A stretch of 64,000 nt of DNA, from positions 32,001-96,000 of the forward strand of contig CAVVTZ010000011.1 of the NCBI GenBank assembly GCA_963751275.1, given 5' to 3'. The notes below the pieces were generated by a model, which saw nothing but the letters and a program-made list of their open reading frames with translations, was not told where the DNA came from and made no database searches. This stretch comes from an uncultured Gemmatimonadaceae bacterium (GTDB lineage Bacteria; Gemmatimonadota; Gemmatimonadetes; Gemmatimonadales; Gemmatimonadaceae). The translations under genes and the position numbers were made by a program. The stretch's first letter is position 1; the number at the start of each line of letters is the position of its first letter. Below are positions 10,353 through 21,086 of this stretch, in pieces.

Positions 10353-10566
10353 TGCAACGACCTAACGGCAGACTGTCGGCTGGCGGCTGTCGTTGCACGA
10401 CCTAACGGCAGGCTGTCGGCTGGAGGCTGTCGGCGGCGCCAGCGTGTGCAGTCGACAGCCGCCAGCCGACAGCCTGCCGTTAGGCTCTGCAACGACAGCC
10501 TTCAGCCGGCAATCTGCCGTTAGGCTTTGCGACGACAGCCCACAGCCGCCAGCCTGCTTCTAGGCT
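10353..10566. repeat. Composite palindrome of 40-bp units (2 direct, 3 inverted)
   Basis: CCTAACGGCAG at 10361 and 10401; GTTAGGC at 10479 and 10519, degenerate copy at 10559. Confidence 0.9.
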
Positions 10567-10567
10567 G

Positions 10568-10596
10568 TTGTGAAACCCGCCCCCTCCTCGTAGCTT
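10568..10596 (+). promoter_or_regulatory. Promoter upstream of rny
   Basis: TTGTGA-N17-TAGCTT. Confidence 0.55.
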
Positions 10597-10764
10597 CAAG
10601 AAGGTACCCGGCCGATTGGCTTGCCGGCCCGATCAGCATGCTGGACGTCCCATCCCGCGCCCTACGTCGGCGCCGGACCGGCCGTTCCGGTGCGATCGCG
10701 GCGAGTCGCCCGGCCGACGTGTGACCCCAATTTGCGCGGCTCGACCGCGCTGGAGTCGTATCGC

Positions 10765-12348
10765 ATGCAGAATGCCGCGCTCTTGGCCGCGCTCGGGACA
10801 GCATTTGTCGCCGCCGCGGTCTTTTTTTTCATCGGCCGGTCATCGGGCCGCCGCGCTGAGCGAAAGGCGCAGGTCGCCGCCCGCGCCACCGCCGAAGAGA
10901 CCTCCCGCCGGATCCTCGAGGACGCGAGCCGCGAAGCCGAGACGCTGCGCAAATCCGCGGTGGTCGCCGGCAAGGAAGAGACGATCCGCCTCCGCGAGGC
11001 GTGGGAGCTCGAGGGCAATAAGCGCCGCGAGGAGCTGAACGTCGCCGAGCGCCGGATCCAGGAGCGCGACACGACGCTCGACCGCAAGCTCGACCTGCTC
11101 GAGCAGCGCGACAAGGACATCGGCAAGCGCGCGACCGACCTCGGCCGCCGCGAAAAGTTCATCGAGGACCGCGCGCTGGAGCTCGAGAAACTGGTGGCCG
11201 AGGAACGACATCGGCTCGAGACGCTCGCCGGCATGTCCGCCGCGACCGCGAAGGCCGAGCTGATCGCGCGCCTCGCCGAGGAAGCGCAGGCCGAGGCCGC
11301 GAACCAGATCCGCGAGATCCGCGAGAACGCGAAGCGGAACGCCGAGCGCGAGGCGAAGAAGATCGTCGCGCTCGCGGTGCAGCGCATCGCGAGTGAGCAC
11401 ACGTCGGAGATCAGCGTGTCTTCGGTCTCACTCCCGAATGATGAGATGAAGGGGCGCATCATCGGCCGCGAGGGGCGCAACATTCGCGCCTTCGAGCTCG
11501 CGACCGGCGTCGACGTCATCATCGACGATACGCCCGATACGGTCGTCGTGTCCGCCTTCGAGCCGGTGCGCCGCGAGGTCGCGCGCAACGCGCTCTCCAA
11601 GCTCGTCGCCGACGGGCGCATCCACCCGGGCCGCATCGAGGAAGTGGTGGCCAAGGCGCGCAAGGAAGTCGATGCGCAGATCCAGGAGCTGGGCGAGCAG
11701 GCGGCGTATGAGCTCGGCGCGCACGGCATCCATCCCGAGCTCATCAAGCTCATCGGCCGCATGCGGTGGCGCACGAGCTACGGGCAGAACATCCTGCAGC
11801 ATTCGAAGGAGGTCGCGCACCTCGCGGGGATCATGGCCGCGGAACTCGGCCTCGACGTCGTGATGGCCAAGCGCGCGGCGCTGTTGCACGACGTGGGCAA
11901 GGTGCTCACGCACGAGCACGAGGGCACGCACGTGCAGCTCGGCGTGGAAGTGGCCACGCGCTACGGCGAGCATCCGCTCGTGGTGAACGCGATCGCGGCG
12001 CACCACGATGACGTGCCCCACGAGAGCGAGATGTCGGTGCTGGTGCAGGCGGCTGACGCGATCTCGGGCTCGCGCCCGGGCGCGCGGCGCGAAGCGTTCG
12101 AGACGTACGTGAAGCGGCTCGAGGGACTCGAGCGGATCGCGTCGAGCTACACCGGCGTCGAGAAGGTCTTCGCGATCCAGGCGGGCCGCGAGATCCGCGT
12201 GATCGTCAACTCCGATGCGGTGAACGAACAGCGCATGACATCATTGACCGAAGAGATCGCGCGGCGGATCGAGACCGAGCTGCAGTATCCCGGCCAGATC
12301 AAGGTCGTGACCATCCGCGAGCAACGGGCGGTGGACTTTGCCCGCTGA
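10765..12348 (+). CDS. rny: Ribonuclease Y
   Basis: N-terminal TM segment, coiled coil, KH domain ([14 protein letters not shown]) and HD domain (LLHDVGK). Confidence 0.96.
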   Translation: MQNAALLAALGTAFVAAAVFFFIGRSSGRRAERKAQVAARATAEETSRRILEDASREAETLRKSAVVAGKEETIRLREAWELEGNKRREELNVAERRIQERDTTLDRKLDLLEQRDKDIGKRATDLGRREKFIEDRALELEKLVAEERHRLETLAGMSAATAKAELIARLAEEAQAEAANQIREIRENAKRNAEREAKKIVALAVQRIASEHTSEISVSSVSLPNDEMKGRIIGREGRNIRAFELATGVDVIIDDTPDTVVVSAFEPVRREVARNALSKLVADGRIHPGRIEEVVAKARKEVDAQIQELGEQAAYELGAHGIHPELIKLIGRMRWRTSYGQNILQHSKEVAHLAGIMAAELGLDVVMAKRAALLHDVGKVLTHEHEGTHVQLGVEVATRYGEHPLVVNAIAAHHDDVPHESEMSVLVQAADAISGSRPGARREAFETYVKRLEGLERIASSYTGVEKVFAIQAGREIRVIVNSDAVNEQRMTSLTEEIARRIETELQYPGQIKVVTIREQRAVDFAR

Positions 12349-13225
12349 GCGGATCGACGGGACCGCGATCGCGCTGGCGATCCGGACCGAAGCGGCGGAG
12401 CGGACGAAGGCGCTCGCGGCGCGCGGCGTGAAGCCCGGCCTCGCGGTGGTGCTCGTGGGCGAGGATCCGGCGAGCGCCGTGTACGTGCGCGCGAAGGGGA
12501 AGGCGTGCGAGGAAGCGGGCATGCACTCGGTGACGATCCGTCTCCCCGCCGAAACGACGCAGGCCGCGCTGCTCGCGCAGGTGCAGGCGCTGAATGCCGA
12601 CAAGGCGATTCATGGCATTCTCGTGCAGATGCCGCTGCCCAAGCACATCGATCCGGACGCGATCATCCGCGCGATCCTCCCTGAGAAGGACGTGGATGGC
12701 TTCCATCCGGTGAACGTGGGCAAGAACCTCATCGGTGAGCGCGACGGCTTCGTGCCGTGCACGCCGGCGGGCGTGCTCGAGATGCTCATCCGCAGCGGCG
12801 TGCAGACCAAGGGCGCCGAGTGCGTGATCGTGGGGCGCAGCAACATCGTGGGCAAGCCGATGATGGCGCTCATGGTGCAGCAGCGCGAAGGCGCGAACGC
12901 GACCACCACCGTATGCCACAGCGCGACGAAGGATCTCGCGTTCCACACGCGGCGCGCGGACATCCTGATCGTCGCGGCGGGCAAGCCGAACATGGTCACC
13001 GGCGACATGGTGAAGCCGGGCGCCGTGGTGATCGATGTCGGGATCAACCGGATCGCCGACCCCACGGCGAAGAACGGCACGCGGCTCGTGGGCGATGTGG
13101 ACTTCGCGGGCGCGAGCGCGGTGGCGTCGAAGATCACGCCGGTGCCCGGCGGTGTGGGCCCGATGACGATCGCGATGCTGCTGCAGAACACCGTGCGCGC
13201 GGCGGAGCGGAGCGCTCCGGCATGA
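12338..13225 (+). CDS. folD: Bifunctional methylene-THF dehydrogenase/cyclohydrolase
   Basis: [28 protein letters not shown]. Confidence 0.96.
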   Translation: MPAERIDGTAIALAIRTEAAERTKALAARGVKPGLAVVLVGEDPASAVYVRAKGKACEEAGMHSVTIRLPAETTQAALLAQVQALNADKAIHGILVQMPLPKHIDPDAIIRAILPEKDVDGFHPVNVGKNLIGERDGFVPCTPAGVLEMLIRSGVQTKGAECVIVGRSNIVGKPMMALMVQQREGANATTTVCHSATKDLAFHTRRADILIVAAGKPNMVTGDMVKPGAVVIDVGINRIADPTAKNGTRLVGDVDFAGASAVASKITPVPGGVGPMTIAMLLQNTVRAAERSAPA

Positions 13226-14383
13226 CCGCGTCCGCGTCGCTCCCCGGCGCGACCGCGGAGAGCGCGCTCGGTGTGTCGGCGCTCCTGTCCGTCGCCAAGG
13301 ACGTGCTCGAGGGCGCGTTCGAGCCGCTGTGGGTGCGCGGCGAGGTGACGTCGTTCATGCCGCACCGCAACGGCCATTGGTACGTGTCGCTGAAGGATGG
13401 CGACGCGACGCTCAAGTGTGTCGTGTGGAAGCGCGACGTGCCGCGCATCCCCGCGCCGCCGGCGGTGGGCGACCAGATCAGCGCGTACGGCCGCGTGTCG
13501 CTTCTACGCGGCGCGCGGCGAAATGCAGTTCTCCGTGACGGCCATGGAGGCCGCGGGCGAGGGACTCTGGCGCCGCCGCTTCGAGCTGGCGCGCGCGCGC
13601 CTCGAGGCCGATGGACTCCTCGCGCCGTCGCGGAAGCGGAGGCTGCCGATGATCCCGCGCATCGTCGCGGTGGTCACGAGTCCCGACGGCGCCGCGCTCC
13701 ACGACATTTGCACGGTGATCAAGCGGCGCTGCCCATCGGTGACGATCGTCGTCGCAGCGGCGAAGGTGCAGGGCGACGGATCGGTGGAGGAGATCATCGC
13801 CGCGATCGAGCGCGTGGGCCGATGGGGGATGGCGGACCTCGTGATCGTCGGGCGCGGCGGCGGTTCGCGCGAGGATCTGCAGGCCTTCAACGAGGAAGCG
13901 GTCGCGCGCGCGCTCGCCGCCTGTCCCGTGCCCACGATCAGCGCCGTGGGCCACGAGACGGACATTCCGCTCTGCGATCTCGTCGCCGATCTGCGCGCCG
14001 CGACGCCGAGCGCCGCCGCGGAGTCGGCGGTGCCCGACATCGCCGCGCTGCGACGCGACATGTCGCAGCGCGCATCGCGGTTGCGGGCGGCTCTCGTGCG
14101 GCGTGCGACGGCGATGCGCGAACGCGTCACGCGCGCGCAGCGCGACATTCGACATCGCCGCGACGCGTTGCTCGAACGCCGCCGCGCGGCGATCGGCGCC
14201 GCCGGCGGCCGCCTGCACGCGCTCAGCCCGCTGGCCACGCTCGAGCGCGGCTACGCCGTCGCGCGCGACGCGGTCACGCATCATCCGATCACCAGCGCCG
14301 CCGCCCTACCGCGCGGCGCCCGCTTCGATCTCGTGCTCCGCGACGGCGCGGTGCGCGCCACCTCCGACGGACCCACGGAGTAG
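13222..14383 (+). CDS. xseA: Exodeoxyribonuclease VII large subunit; frameshift near 13500
   Basis: [45 protein letters not shown]. Confidence 0.92.
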
Positions 14384-14386
14384 CCG

Positions 14387-14594
14387 ATGGCATTCGAAGA
14401 GGATCTCGCGCGCATTCGAGACGATCGTCGCCCAGCTCGAGCGGGAGGAGATGCCGCTCGACCGCGCGCTCAAGCTGTTCGAAGAAGGCGTGGAGAAGCT
14501 CCGTCTCGCCGCGGCCGCACTGGCCGACGCCGAAGGGAAGGTGCAGCGCCTGGTGGAGAAGGCCGACGGCGGCGTTTCGCTCGCCGGCGACTGA
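14387..14594 (+). CDS. xseB: Exodeoxyribonuclease VII small subunit; frameshift near 14414
   Basis: FEEDLAR / ETIVAQLEREEMPLDRALKLFEEG. Confidence 0.9.
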
Positions 14595-14598
14595 CCGC

Positions 14599-15480
14599 TT
14601 GACCTCGCTGGCCGGCGACCGCACCGCGGTCGATGCCGCGCTCAAGTCGCTCTGCGACCGCGCGCTCGGCAACGTGCCCCGCGTGGTGGGCGACGCCATC
14701 CGCTACAGCCTGCTCGGCGAGGGGAAGCGCCTGCGACCGCTGCTCGTGCTCGCGGCGTACCGCGCGGCCGGCGGTTCGGGCGACGCGACGCTCCTGGCCG
14801 GTGCGGTGGAGGTGGTGCACGCGTACTCGCTGGTGCACGACGACCTGCCGTGCATGGACGACGACGCGGTGCGCCGCGGCCGCCCGACCACGCACGTGGT
14901 GTTCGGCGCGCCGGTGGCCACGGTGGCCGGCGTCGCCATGGTGCCGCTCGCGGCGCGCGCGGCGCTCGAAGGCGCGGGGGCCCTCGGGTTGCCCGGTGCG
15001 GCGCGGCGCGCCATTGTTCGTGAGTTGATGAGCGCCTCCGGAGCGGGGGGAATGGTGGGCGGACAGTTGCTCGATCTCGAGACCGAAGGGCGCGACTTGA
15101 GCGTGCGCGAACTCGAGCGGATCCATCGCGCGAAGACGGGCGCGCTCATTCGCGCCGCGGTGCGCATTGGCGGGCTCGCGGGCGCGCTGCCCGCTGCCGG
15201 CATGGAGGCGCTCACGCGCTACGGCGAGGCCGTGGGTCTCGCCTTCCAGATCGCGGATGATGTGCTCGACGCCACGGCCACCACCGAGGCGCTCGGGAAG
15301 ACGGCCGGTCGGGATGCGGAGCGCGGCAAGCGCACCTATCCCGCCTTGCTCGGAGTGGATGGAGCGCGCGCGCGCGCGGCCGCGCTCGCCGAAGAAGCAT
15401 GCGCCGCGCTCACGGCGGGCGGTGTGCAGGCCGGGGAGCTCGCGTATCTCGCGCGCTACTCGGTGGCGCGCCCCAGCTGA
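14599..15480 (+). CDS. ispA: Farnesyl/geranylgeranyl diphosphate synthase
   Basis: GKRLRP, HDDLPCMD, FQIADDVLD, GKTAGRD; start approximate. Confidence 0.92.
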   Translation: MTSLAGDRTAVDAALKSLCDRALGNVPRVVGDAIRYSLLGEGKRLRPLLVLAAYRAAGGSGDATLLAGAVEVVHAYSLVHDDLPCMDDDAVRRGRPTTHVVFGAPVATVAGVAMVPLAARAALEGAGALGLPGAARRAIVRELMSASGAGGMVGGQLLDLETEGRDLSVRELERIHRAKTGALIRAAVRIGGLAGALPAAGMEALTRYGEAVGLAFQIADDVLDATATTEALGKTAGRDAERGKRTYPALLGVDGARARAAALAEEACAALTAGGVQAGELAYLARYSVARPS

Positions 15481-15498
15481 ACCCGAACCTCACGAGTG

Positions 15499-17380
15499 AT
15501 GTCCGTTCTCGACCGCGTCAACCTGCCCGCCGACCTCAAGCCGCTCACGCGCGACGAACTCCGCTCGCTCGCGGATGACGTGCGCGCGTCGCTCATCGAT
15601 TCCTGCTCGCGCACCGGCGGCCACATCGGCGCCGGACTCGGCGTGGTCGAGCTCACGGTGGCGCTGCATCACGTGTTCGACGCGCCGAAGGACCAGCTCG
15701 TGTGGGACGTCGGGCACCAGGGCTACCCGCACAAGATGCTCACCGGGCGCAAAGGGCAGTTCGAGACGCTGCGCCAGGAAGGCGGCATCTCCGGGTTCCT
15801 CAAGCGCGAGGAGAGCGAGTACGACGCGTTCGGCGCCGGCCACGCGGCCACCGCGATCTCGGCGGCGTTCGGTCTCGCGGTGGCGCGCGATCTCGCGGGG
15901 AAGGACTTCCGCGTGGTCGCGATCCTCGGCGACGGCGCGCTCACGAGCGGCCTCTCCTACGAGGGACTGAACAACGCCGGCGCGAGCGGGCGCGACATCA
16001 TCGTCATCCTCAACGACAACGACATGTCGATCGCGCCGAACGTCGGCGCCATCTCCGCTACCTCGGCAGCGTGCAGCGCAATCCCATCTACAACCGCCTG
16101 CGCGACAAGATCGGCAACATGGTGGGTGAGTTCCCCGCGGTGAGCCATTTCGTGAAGCGCTGGGAGGAGAGCGTGAAGAGCTTCCTCACGCCCGGCGTGC
16201 TCTTCGAGGAACTCGGCTTCCGCTATTTCGGCCCGGTCGATGGCCACGACATGGACGTGCTCGTGGACACGCTCTCCGCCGTGAAGTCGATGCACGGCCC
16301 GCGGCTCGTGCACGTGATCACGAAGAAGGGGAAGGGATTCCCCGCGGGCGAGCATCGACCGAGAAGTGGCACGCGCTGCCGGCGGGGCACGACCCGGCCA
16401 CCGGCAAGCAGAAGCTGCCCTCGTCGGCGAACCCGGCCTACACGGCGGTGATCGGCCAGGCGCTCACCGAGCTCGGCGCGATCGAGCCCGAGCTCGTGGT
16501 GATCACCGCCGCGATGCCCGCGGGCACGGGCGCGGGCATCTTCGCGAAGGCGTATCCCGACCGCTTCTTCGACGTCGGCATCGCCGAAGGCCACGCCGTG
16601 ACCTTCGCCGCGGGACTCGCCGCCGGCGGACAGCGGCCGGTGTGCGCGATCTACTCGACGTTCCTGCAGCGCGCGTACGACAACATCATCCACGACGTGG
16701 CGATCCAGAAGCTGCCGGTGATCTTCGCGATGGACCGCGCGGGTCTCGTGGGCGAGGACGGCCCGACGCACATGGGGCTCTACGACATCGCGTACCTGCT
16801 CGCGGTGCCGGGGATGATGGTGACGGCGCCGAAGGACGGCGCGGAGATGATCGGCCTCGTGCGCGCGGCGCTCGCGCACACGGGCGGTCCCTTCGCGCTG
16901 CGCTATCCACGCGACGCGGTGCCCGACGCTCCGCCGAAAGCGGCCGACGTGCCCGCCGTGCCCTTCGCGACGTGGGAGGTGTTGCGACAGGGGAAGGACT
17001 TCGCCGTGCTCGCGACCGGTACGATGGTGTTGCCGGCGCTCGCCGCGGCGAAGGCGCTGGCTGCCGAGGGGCTCGATCTCACCGTCGTGAACTGCCGCTA
17101 CATCAAGCCGTACGACGAAGTGACGCTGCACGCGATCGCCGCGACGCACCGGAACATCCTCACGGTGGAGGAAGGGACCGTCGTGAACGGCTTCGGCGCG
17201 TACATGTCGAGCATCATCGGCGCGATCGATCCCGCGATCCGCGTGAGCGTGCACGGCGTGCCCGACCGCTACATTGAGCAGGCGCCGCGCAAGGTGCAGC
17301 TCCGGTGGACCGGGCTCGACGCCGCCGGCATTGCCGCGCGCGTTCGCGCACTGCTCGAGAGCGAAGCGGTGGCGGGGTGA
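15499..17380 (+). CDS. dxs: 1-deoxy-D-xylulose-5-phosphate synthase; frameshifts near 16055 and 16360-16420
   Basis: [15 protein letters not shown]...[20 protein letters not shown]. Confidence 0.94.
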
Positions 17381-18234
17381 CGCGGATCGGCGTCGTCGGG
17401 AACCTCCGCTACGAGGGACTCCCGGCCATCATGCGGCTCCTCAAGGAACGCGCGCCGGCGCTCTCGATGACGCTCGTGCTGGAGAGCGATCTCGCGGACC
17501 TCGCGAAGGGCGCCGAGCGCCTGGACGCGGCCACGCGCATCGACGTGCTGCTCACGCTCGGCGGCGACGGGACGATGCTGCGTGGCGCGCGGCTCGTGGG
17601 CGCGCGGCAGATCCCGATCCTTGGCGTGAATCTCGGCCGCCTCGGCTTCCTCACCGCCACTGGCGGCGAGGACCTCGACCGCGCGCTCTCGATGCTCGCG
17701 GCCAACGACTACATCGTGGAGCCGCGCATGGCGCTGGAGGCGCGCACTAACCGCGAGCCCGATCAACGGTGGCGCGCGCTGAACGACGTCGTGCTGCACA
17801 AGGGCGGCCACGCGCGCGTGATCCGGATCCGCGCGACGGTGAACGGCGAATTGATCGGCGGCTTCGCCGCGGACGGCATCATCGTCTCGACGCCGACGGG
17901 CTCCACCGCGTACAGCCTGTCCGCCGGCGGCCCGGTGGTGGTGCCGACCCTCGATTCCATCATCATCACGCCGATCTCGCCGCATACGCTCGCGGTGCGG
18001 CCGGTGGTGTTGCCGCCGAGCGCCGAGGTGATGCTGCAAACGGATGATGCGGCGGAGGAGCTTTTGGTGACGATCGATGGCCAGGTGGGCAGTACGTTCG
18101 CGGCAGGCGACTCGCTCACTGTGCGCCGGGCGGACCGGCCGGTGCTGGTCGTCCGCTTTCGCGATGGATCGTTCTTCGCGCGCATGCGGCGGAAGCTGGG
18201 CTGGGGCGGACTTCCGGAACGCGACGAGGGCTAG
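17377..18234 (+). CDS. nadK: NAD kinase
   Basis: LGGDGT, NLGRLGFL, TPTGSTAYSLSAGGP. Confidence 0.95.
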   Translation: MTRIGVVGNLRYEGLPAIMRLLKERAPALSMTLVLESDLADLAKGAERLDAATRIDVLLTLGGDGTMLRGARLVGARQIPILGVNLGRLGFLTATGGEDLDRALSMLAANDYIVEPRMALEARTNREPDQRWRALNDVVLHKGGHARVIRIRATVNGELIGGFAADGIIVSTPTGSTAYSLSAGGPVVVPTLDSIIITPISPHTLAVRPVVLPPSAEVMLQTDDAAEELLVTIDGQVGSTFAAGDSLTVRRADRPVLVVRFRDGSFFARMRRKLGWGGLPERDEG

Positions 18235-18236
18235 CC

Positions 18237-19986
18237 GTGCTGATCGAACTCAGGATCCGCAATTTCGCGATCATAGATGGGCTCACCTTGCCCCTCGCCG
18301 GCGGATTCAACGTGCTCACCGGCGAGACCGGGGCGGGGAAGTCGATCATCGTCGGCGCGCTGGCGCTGCTGCTCGGCGAGCGCGCGAGCGCCGACCTCAT
18401 TCGCACGGGCGCCGACAAGGCCACTGTCGAGGGCGTGTTCGACGCCGAAGGCCGCCGCGAGCTGCTCGCGCTGCTCGATGAGCGCGGGATCGAGATGGAC
18501 GGCACGACGGTCGTGCTCAAGCGCGAGATCTCGGCGAACGGCCGCACGCGCGCGTGGGTGAACGCGGGCACCGTCACCGCGGGCGTGCTGGCCGAGGTCG
18601 GGCGCGCGCTCGTGAATCTCCACGGCCAGCACGAGGCGCAGTCGCTGCTGGATGTCGAGTCGCAGCGGAACATCCTGGATCTGTTCGGCGGCGCGGCGCC
18701 GCTGGCGCAGCGCGTGCGCAGCCGCGCACGAGACGCTCACCGGCGTGACCCGCGAGATCGAGCAGCTCACCGCGCGGCGCGCGGAAGCCGAGCGGCGGGC
18801 CGATTACCTGCGGCATGTCGCGCGCGAGCTCGAGGAGGCGAAGCTGGTTCCCGGCGAGGAGGCGAAGCTGGAGGATGAGGCGCGCCGGCTGGAGCACGCC
18901 GAGGAATTGCGGTCGCTCTCCTCGGGCATGGCCGCCGCGCTCGAGGGAGAGGAGGGCAGCGCACTCACGCAGCTCGCGCACGTCCAGCGTTCGCTCGCGA
19001 GCATCCAGCGCATCGATCCCTCGCTCGCGCGGCTGCAGGAGATGTTCGACGGCGGGTTCTACGCGCTGCAGGAACTCTCGCGCGAACTCGATGTCTACGC
19101 CCGCGGCGTGGATCTCGACCCGGCGCGCCTCGAGGCGGTGCAGGCGCGCCGCGATCTGCTCTTCAAGCTTCTCAAGAAGTACGGTCCCACGGTGGACGAG
19201 GCGATCGAGACCGCGCGCAAAGCGCGTGCCGAGCTCGACCTGGTGGACACCGCCTCGCTCGATCTCCGCCAGCTGGAGACCAAGCGCGACGCGGCGCGCG
19301 CGGCGCTCGCGACCGCCGCCGCGGCGCTCAGCGAGAAGCGCGCGGAGGCCGCCGCCCGCCTCGCGCGGGATGTGGACGCGATCCTCCCGGAGCTGGGAAT
19401 GCCCGATGGCCACTTCCGCGCCGCCCTCACGCCACGCGCGGAGATCTCGGCGGCCGGCGCCGAGGATGTGGAGTTCCGCGTGGCGCTCAACGTGGGCCAT
19501 GACGCGCGGCCGCTCGCGCGCGTCGCCTCCGGCGGCGAGCTGTCGCGCGTGATGCTCGCGCTCAAGACCATCCTCGCCCGCCTCGATGCCGTGCCCACGC
19601 TCGTCTTCGACGAAGTGGACGCCGGCATCGGCGGCGCCGTGGGACTCCAGGTGGGCGACACCATGCGGAAGGTCGCGGCGCATCACCAGGTGCTCGCGAT
19701 CTCGCACCTGCCGCAGATCGCGGCGCGCGCGCACCATCATATTGTGGTGCACAAGGGCGCGCGCGGCGGCATCACCACCGCCGACACGCGCGTCGTGGAC
19801 GGCGACGAGCGCGTCACCGAGATCGCGCGCATGTTGGGCGGCGATCCGGAGAGCGCGGTGAGCCGCGCGCACGCGAAGGAATTGTTGGAGAGCGCCGCGG
19901 CGCGCGGCGCCGCCGTTACTGCTTCGGCTTCGGCTTCCAGCCCCCCCAGAGCCTCGCCCAGAAGCGGATCGTCACCGCGTCCGTGA
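18237..19986 (+). CDS. recN: DNA repair protein RecN; frameshift near 18720
   Basis: TGETGAGKS, ASGGELSR, FDEVDAGIGG, SHLPQIAA. Confidence 0.94.
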
Positions 19987-21028
19987 TCTCCACCGGCGGC
20001 GCGGATCCCGTCGCGCTCACCGTCCAGGTGTGCTGGTAGCTGACCTCGATCGGGAATCCAGATCCGCGTTCGAGATAGCTCGACACCGTCGAGTAGGTGA
20101 TGAACCCCGAGAGCGTCTGCGCCGTGCCCGCCGTGCCGGCGTTGAGCGTGGACGCATCGACCACCACCGGCTCGCCGGCGATCGTGTCGGTCTTGCTACC
20201 GACGTACGAACTCTGCGCGCGATTGAGATACTGGTACTGCCCACCGATCATGAAGTACGGGCCGAGCACCGCGCGCGGCGTCGCTTCCAGCGTGTATGCA
20301 TTCCCGCCGCTCACCTGCGCATCCATCACGCCGTAGACGTTCGAGAGCGGCAGCCCCGGCGGATGCACGAGCACCGGCACCGTGGCCGGCTGCGGCATGA
20401 TGTAGCGCCCGGCCGCCGTGATCCAGAAGATCTTCCCGATCATGAGGTCGGTCTGCGACGCCAGCGTCGCCGCGGGACGCAGGCTGCCCGTGCCCACGTC
20501 GAAGGGCACCTCCGGATAATCGCCGGTGCCGGTGGGGAAGCGCCACGATCCGGAGAGCGAGCTGCGCACGTGGACACCCGTGAGCGCGAGGCGCTCGAAC
20601 TCGCTGGGTCCGCGCAGCCACGCGAATTTCGCGCCCACCTCCATGTCGCCGATCCCGTTGTGCGACGTGTTGACGAAGGAATCGGTCACGAAGCCATAGC
20701 TCGACGTCCACTGCGTGGCCGCGAGCGTGCCGGCCTCGGGCGCGACGAAGGTCAGCGAGAGGCCGGGCAGCACGCCGAATTCCGCGCTGAGCAGCGTGTA
20801 GCGCACCTGCACGTAGGCGGTGGCCGCCTCGCCGCCCTGCTGGAGGCTCTCGTAGTAGCTCGCCCAGCTGTTGGCGATCCGCGCGCGAATGACGCCCGGC
20901 GGCGCGACGGTCGCGTCTTCGGCGGGGCCGAGGCTCGCTTGCGCGGCGGCGGCCGACGCGGCGGCGGGCGCGGCGAGCGACAGGACGATGCGAATGAGCG
21001 CGCGCGCGGTGCGAGAGGGGCGAACCAT
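19916..21028 (-). CDS. Exported hypothetical protein, probably an outer-membrane beta-barrel (phenol MetA/transporter-like)
   Basis: Signal peptide; GIGDMEVGAKF and FPTG motifs; alternating beta strands with aromatic C-terminus. Confidence 0.55.
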   Translation of the reverse strand: MVRPSRTARALIRIVLSLAAPAAASAAAAQASLGPAEDATVAPPGVIRARIANSWASYYESLQQGGEAATAYVQVRYTLLSAEFGVLPGLSLTFVAPEAGTLAATQWTSSYGFVTDSFVNTSHNGIGDMEVGAKFAWLRGPSEFERLALTGVHVRSSLSGSWRFPTGTGDYPEVPFDVGTGSLRPAATLASQTDLMIGKIFWITAAGRYIMPQPATVPVLVHPPGLPLSNVYGVMDAQVSGGNAYTLEATPRAVLGPYFMIGGQYQYLNRAQSSYVGSKTDTIAGEPVVVDASTLNAGTAGTAQTLSGFITYSTVSSYLERGSGFPIEVSYQHTWTVSATGSAPPVEITDAVTIRFWARLWGGWKPKPKQ

Positions 21029-21086
21029 GAGCAGGAAGTGTAACGCGCGCATCGCACCGTGTACAACCGCGCGTTAACTTCGTTCC

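Noticed and set aside
10353..10566. CRISPR array
   Set aside because: The units are contiguous with no unique spacers, they switch orientation, and no cas genes are present.
12757..15480. 907-aa ORF suggesting an XseA-IspA fusion (similarly 55914-58226 and 48778-50283)
   Set aside because: It results from stop-poor frames plus the xseA frameshift; each real gene has its own start.
7380..19986. Frameshifts in pheT, xseA, xseB, dxs and recN as pseudogenes or programmed frameshifts
   Set aside because: Essential genes are hit, coding conservation is intact on both sides, and no slippery motifs are evident. Sequencing indels are the simplest explanation.
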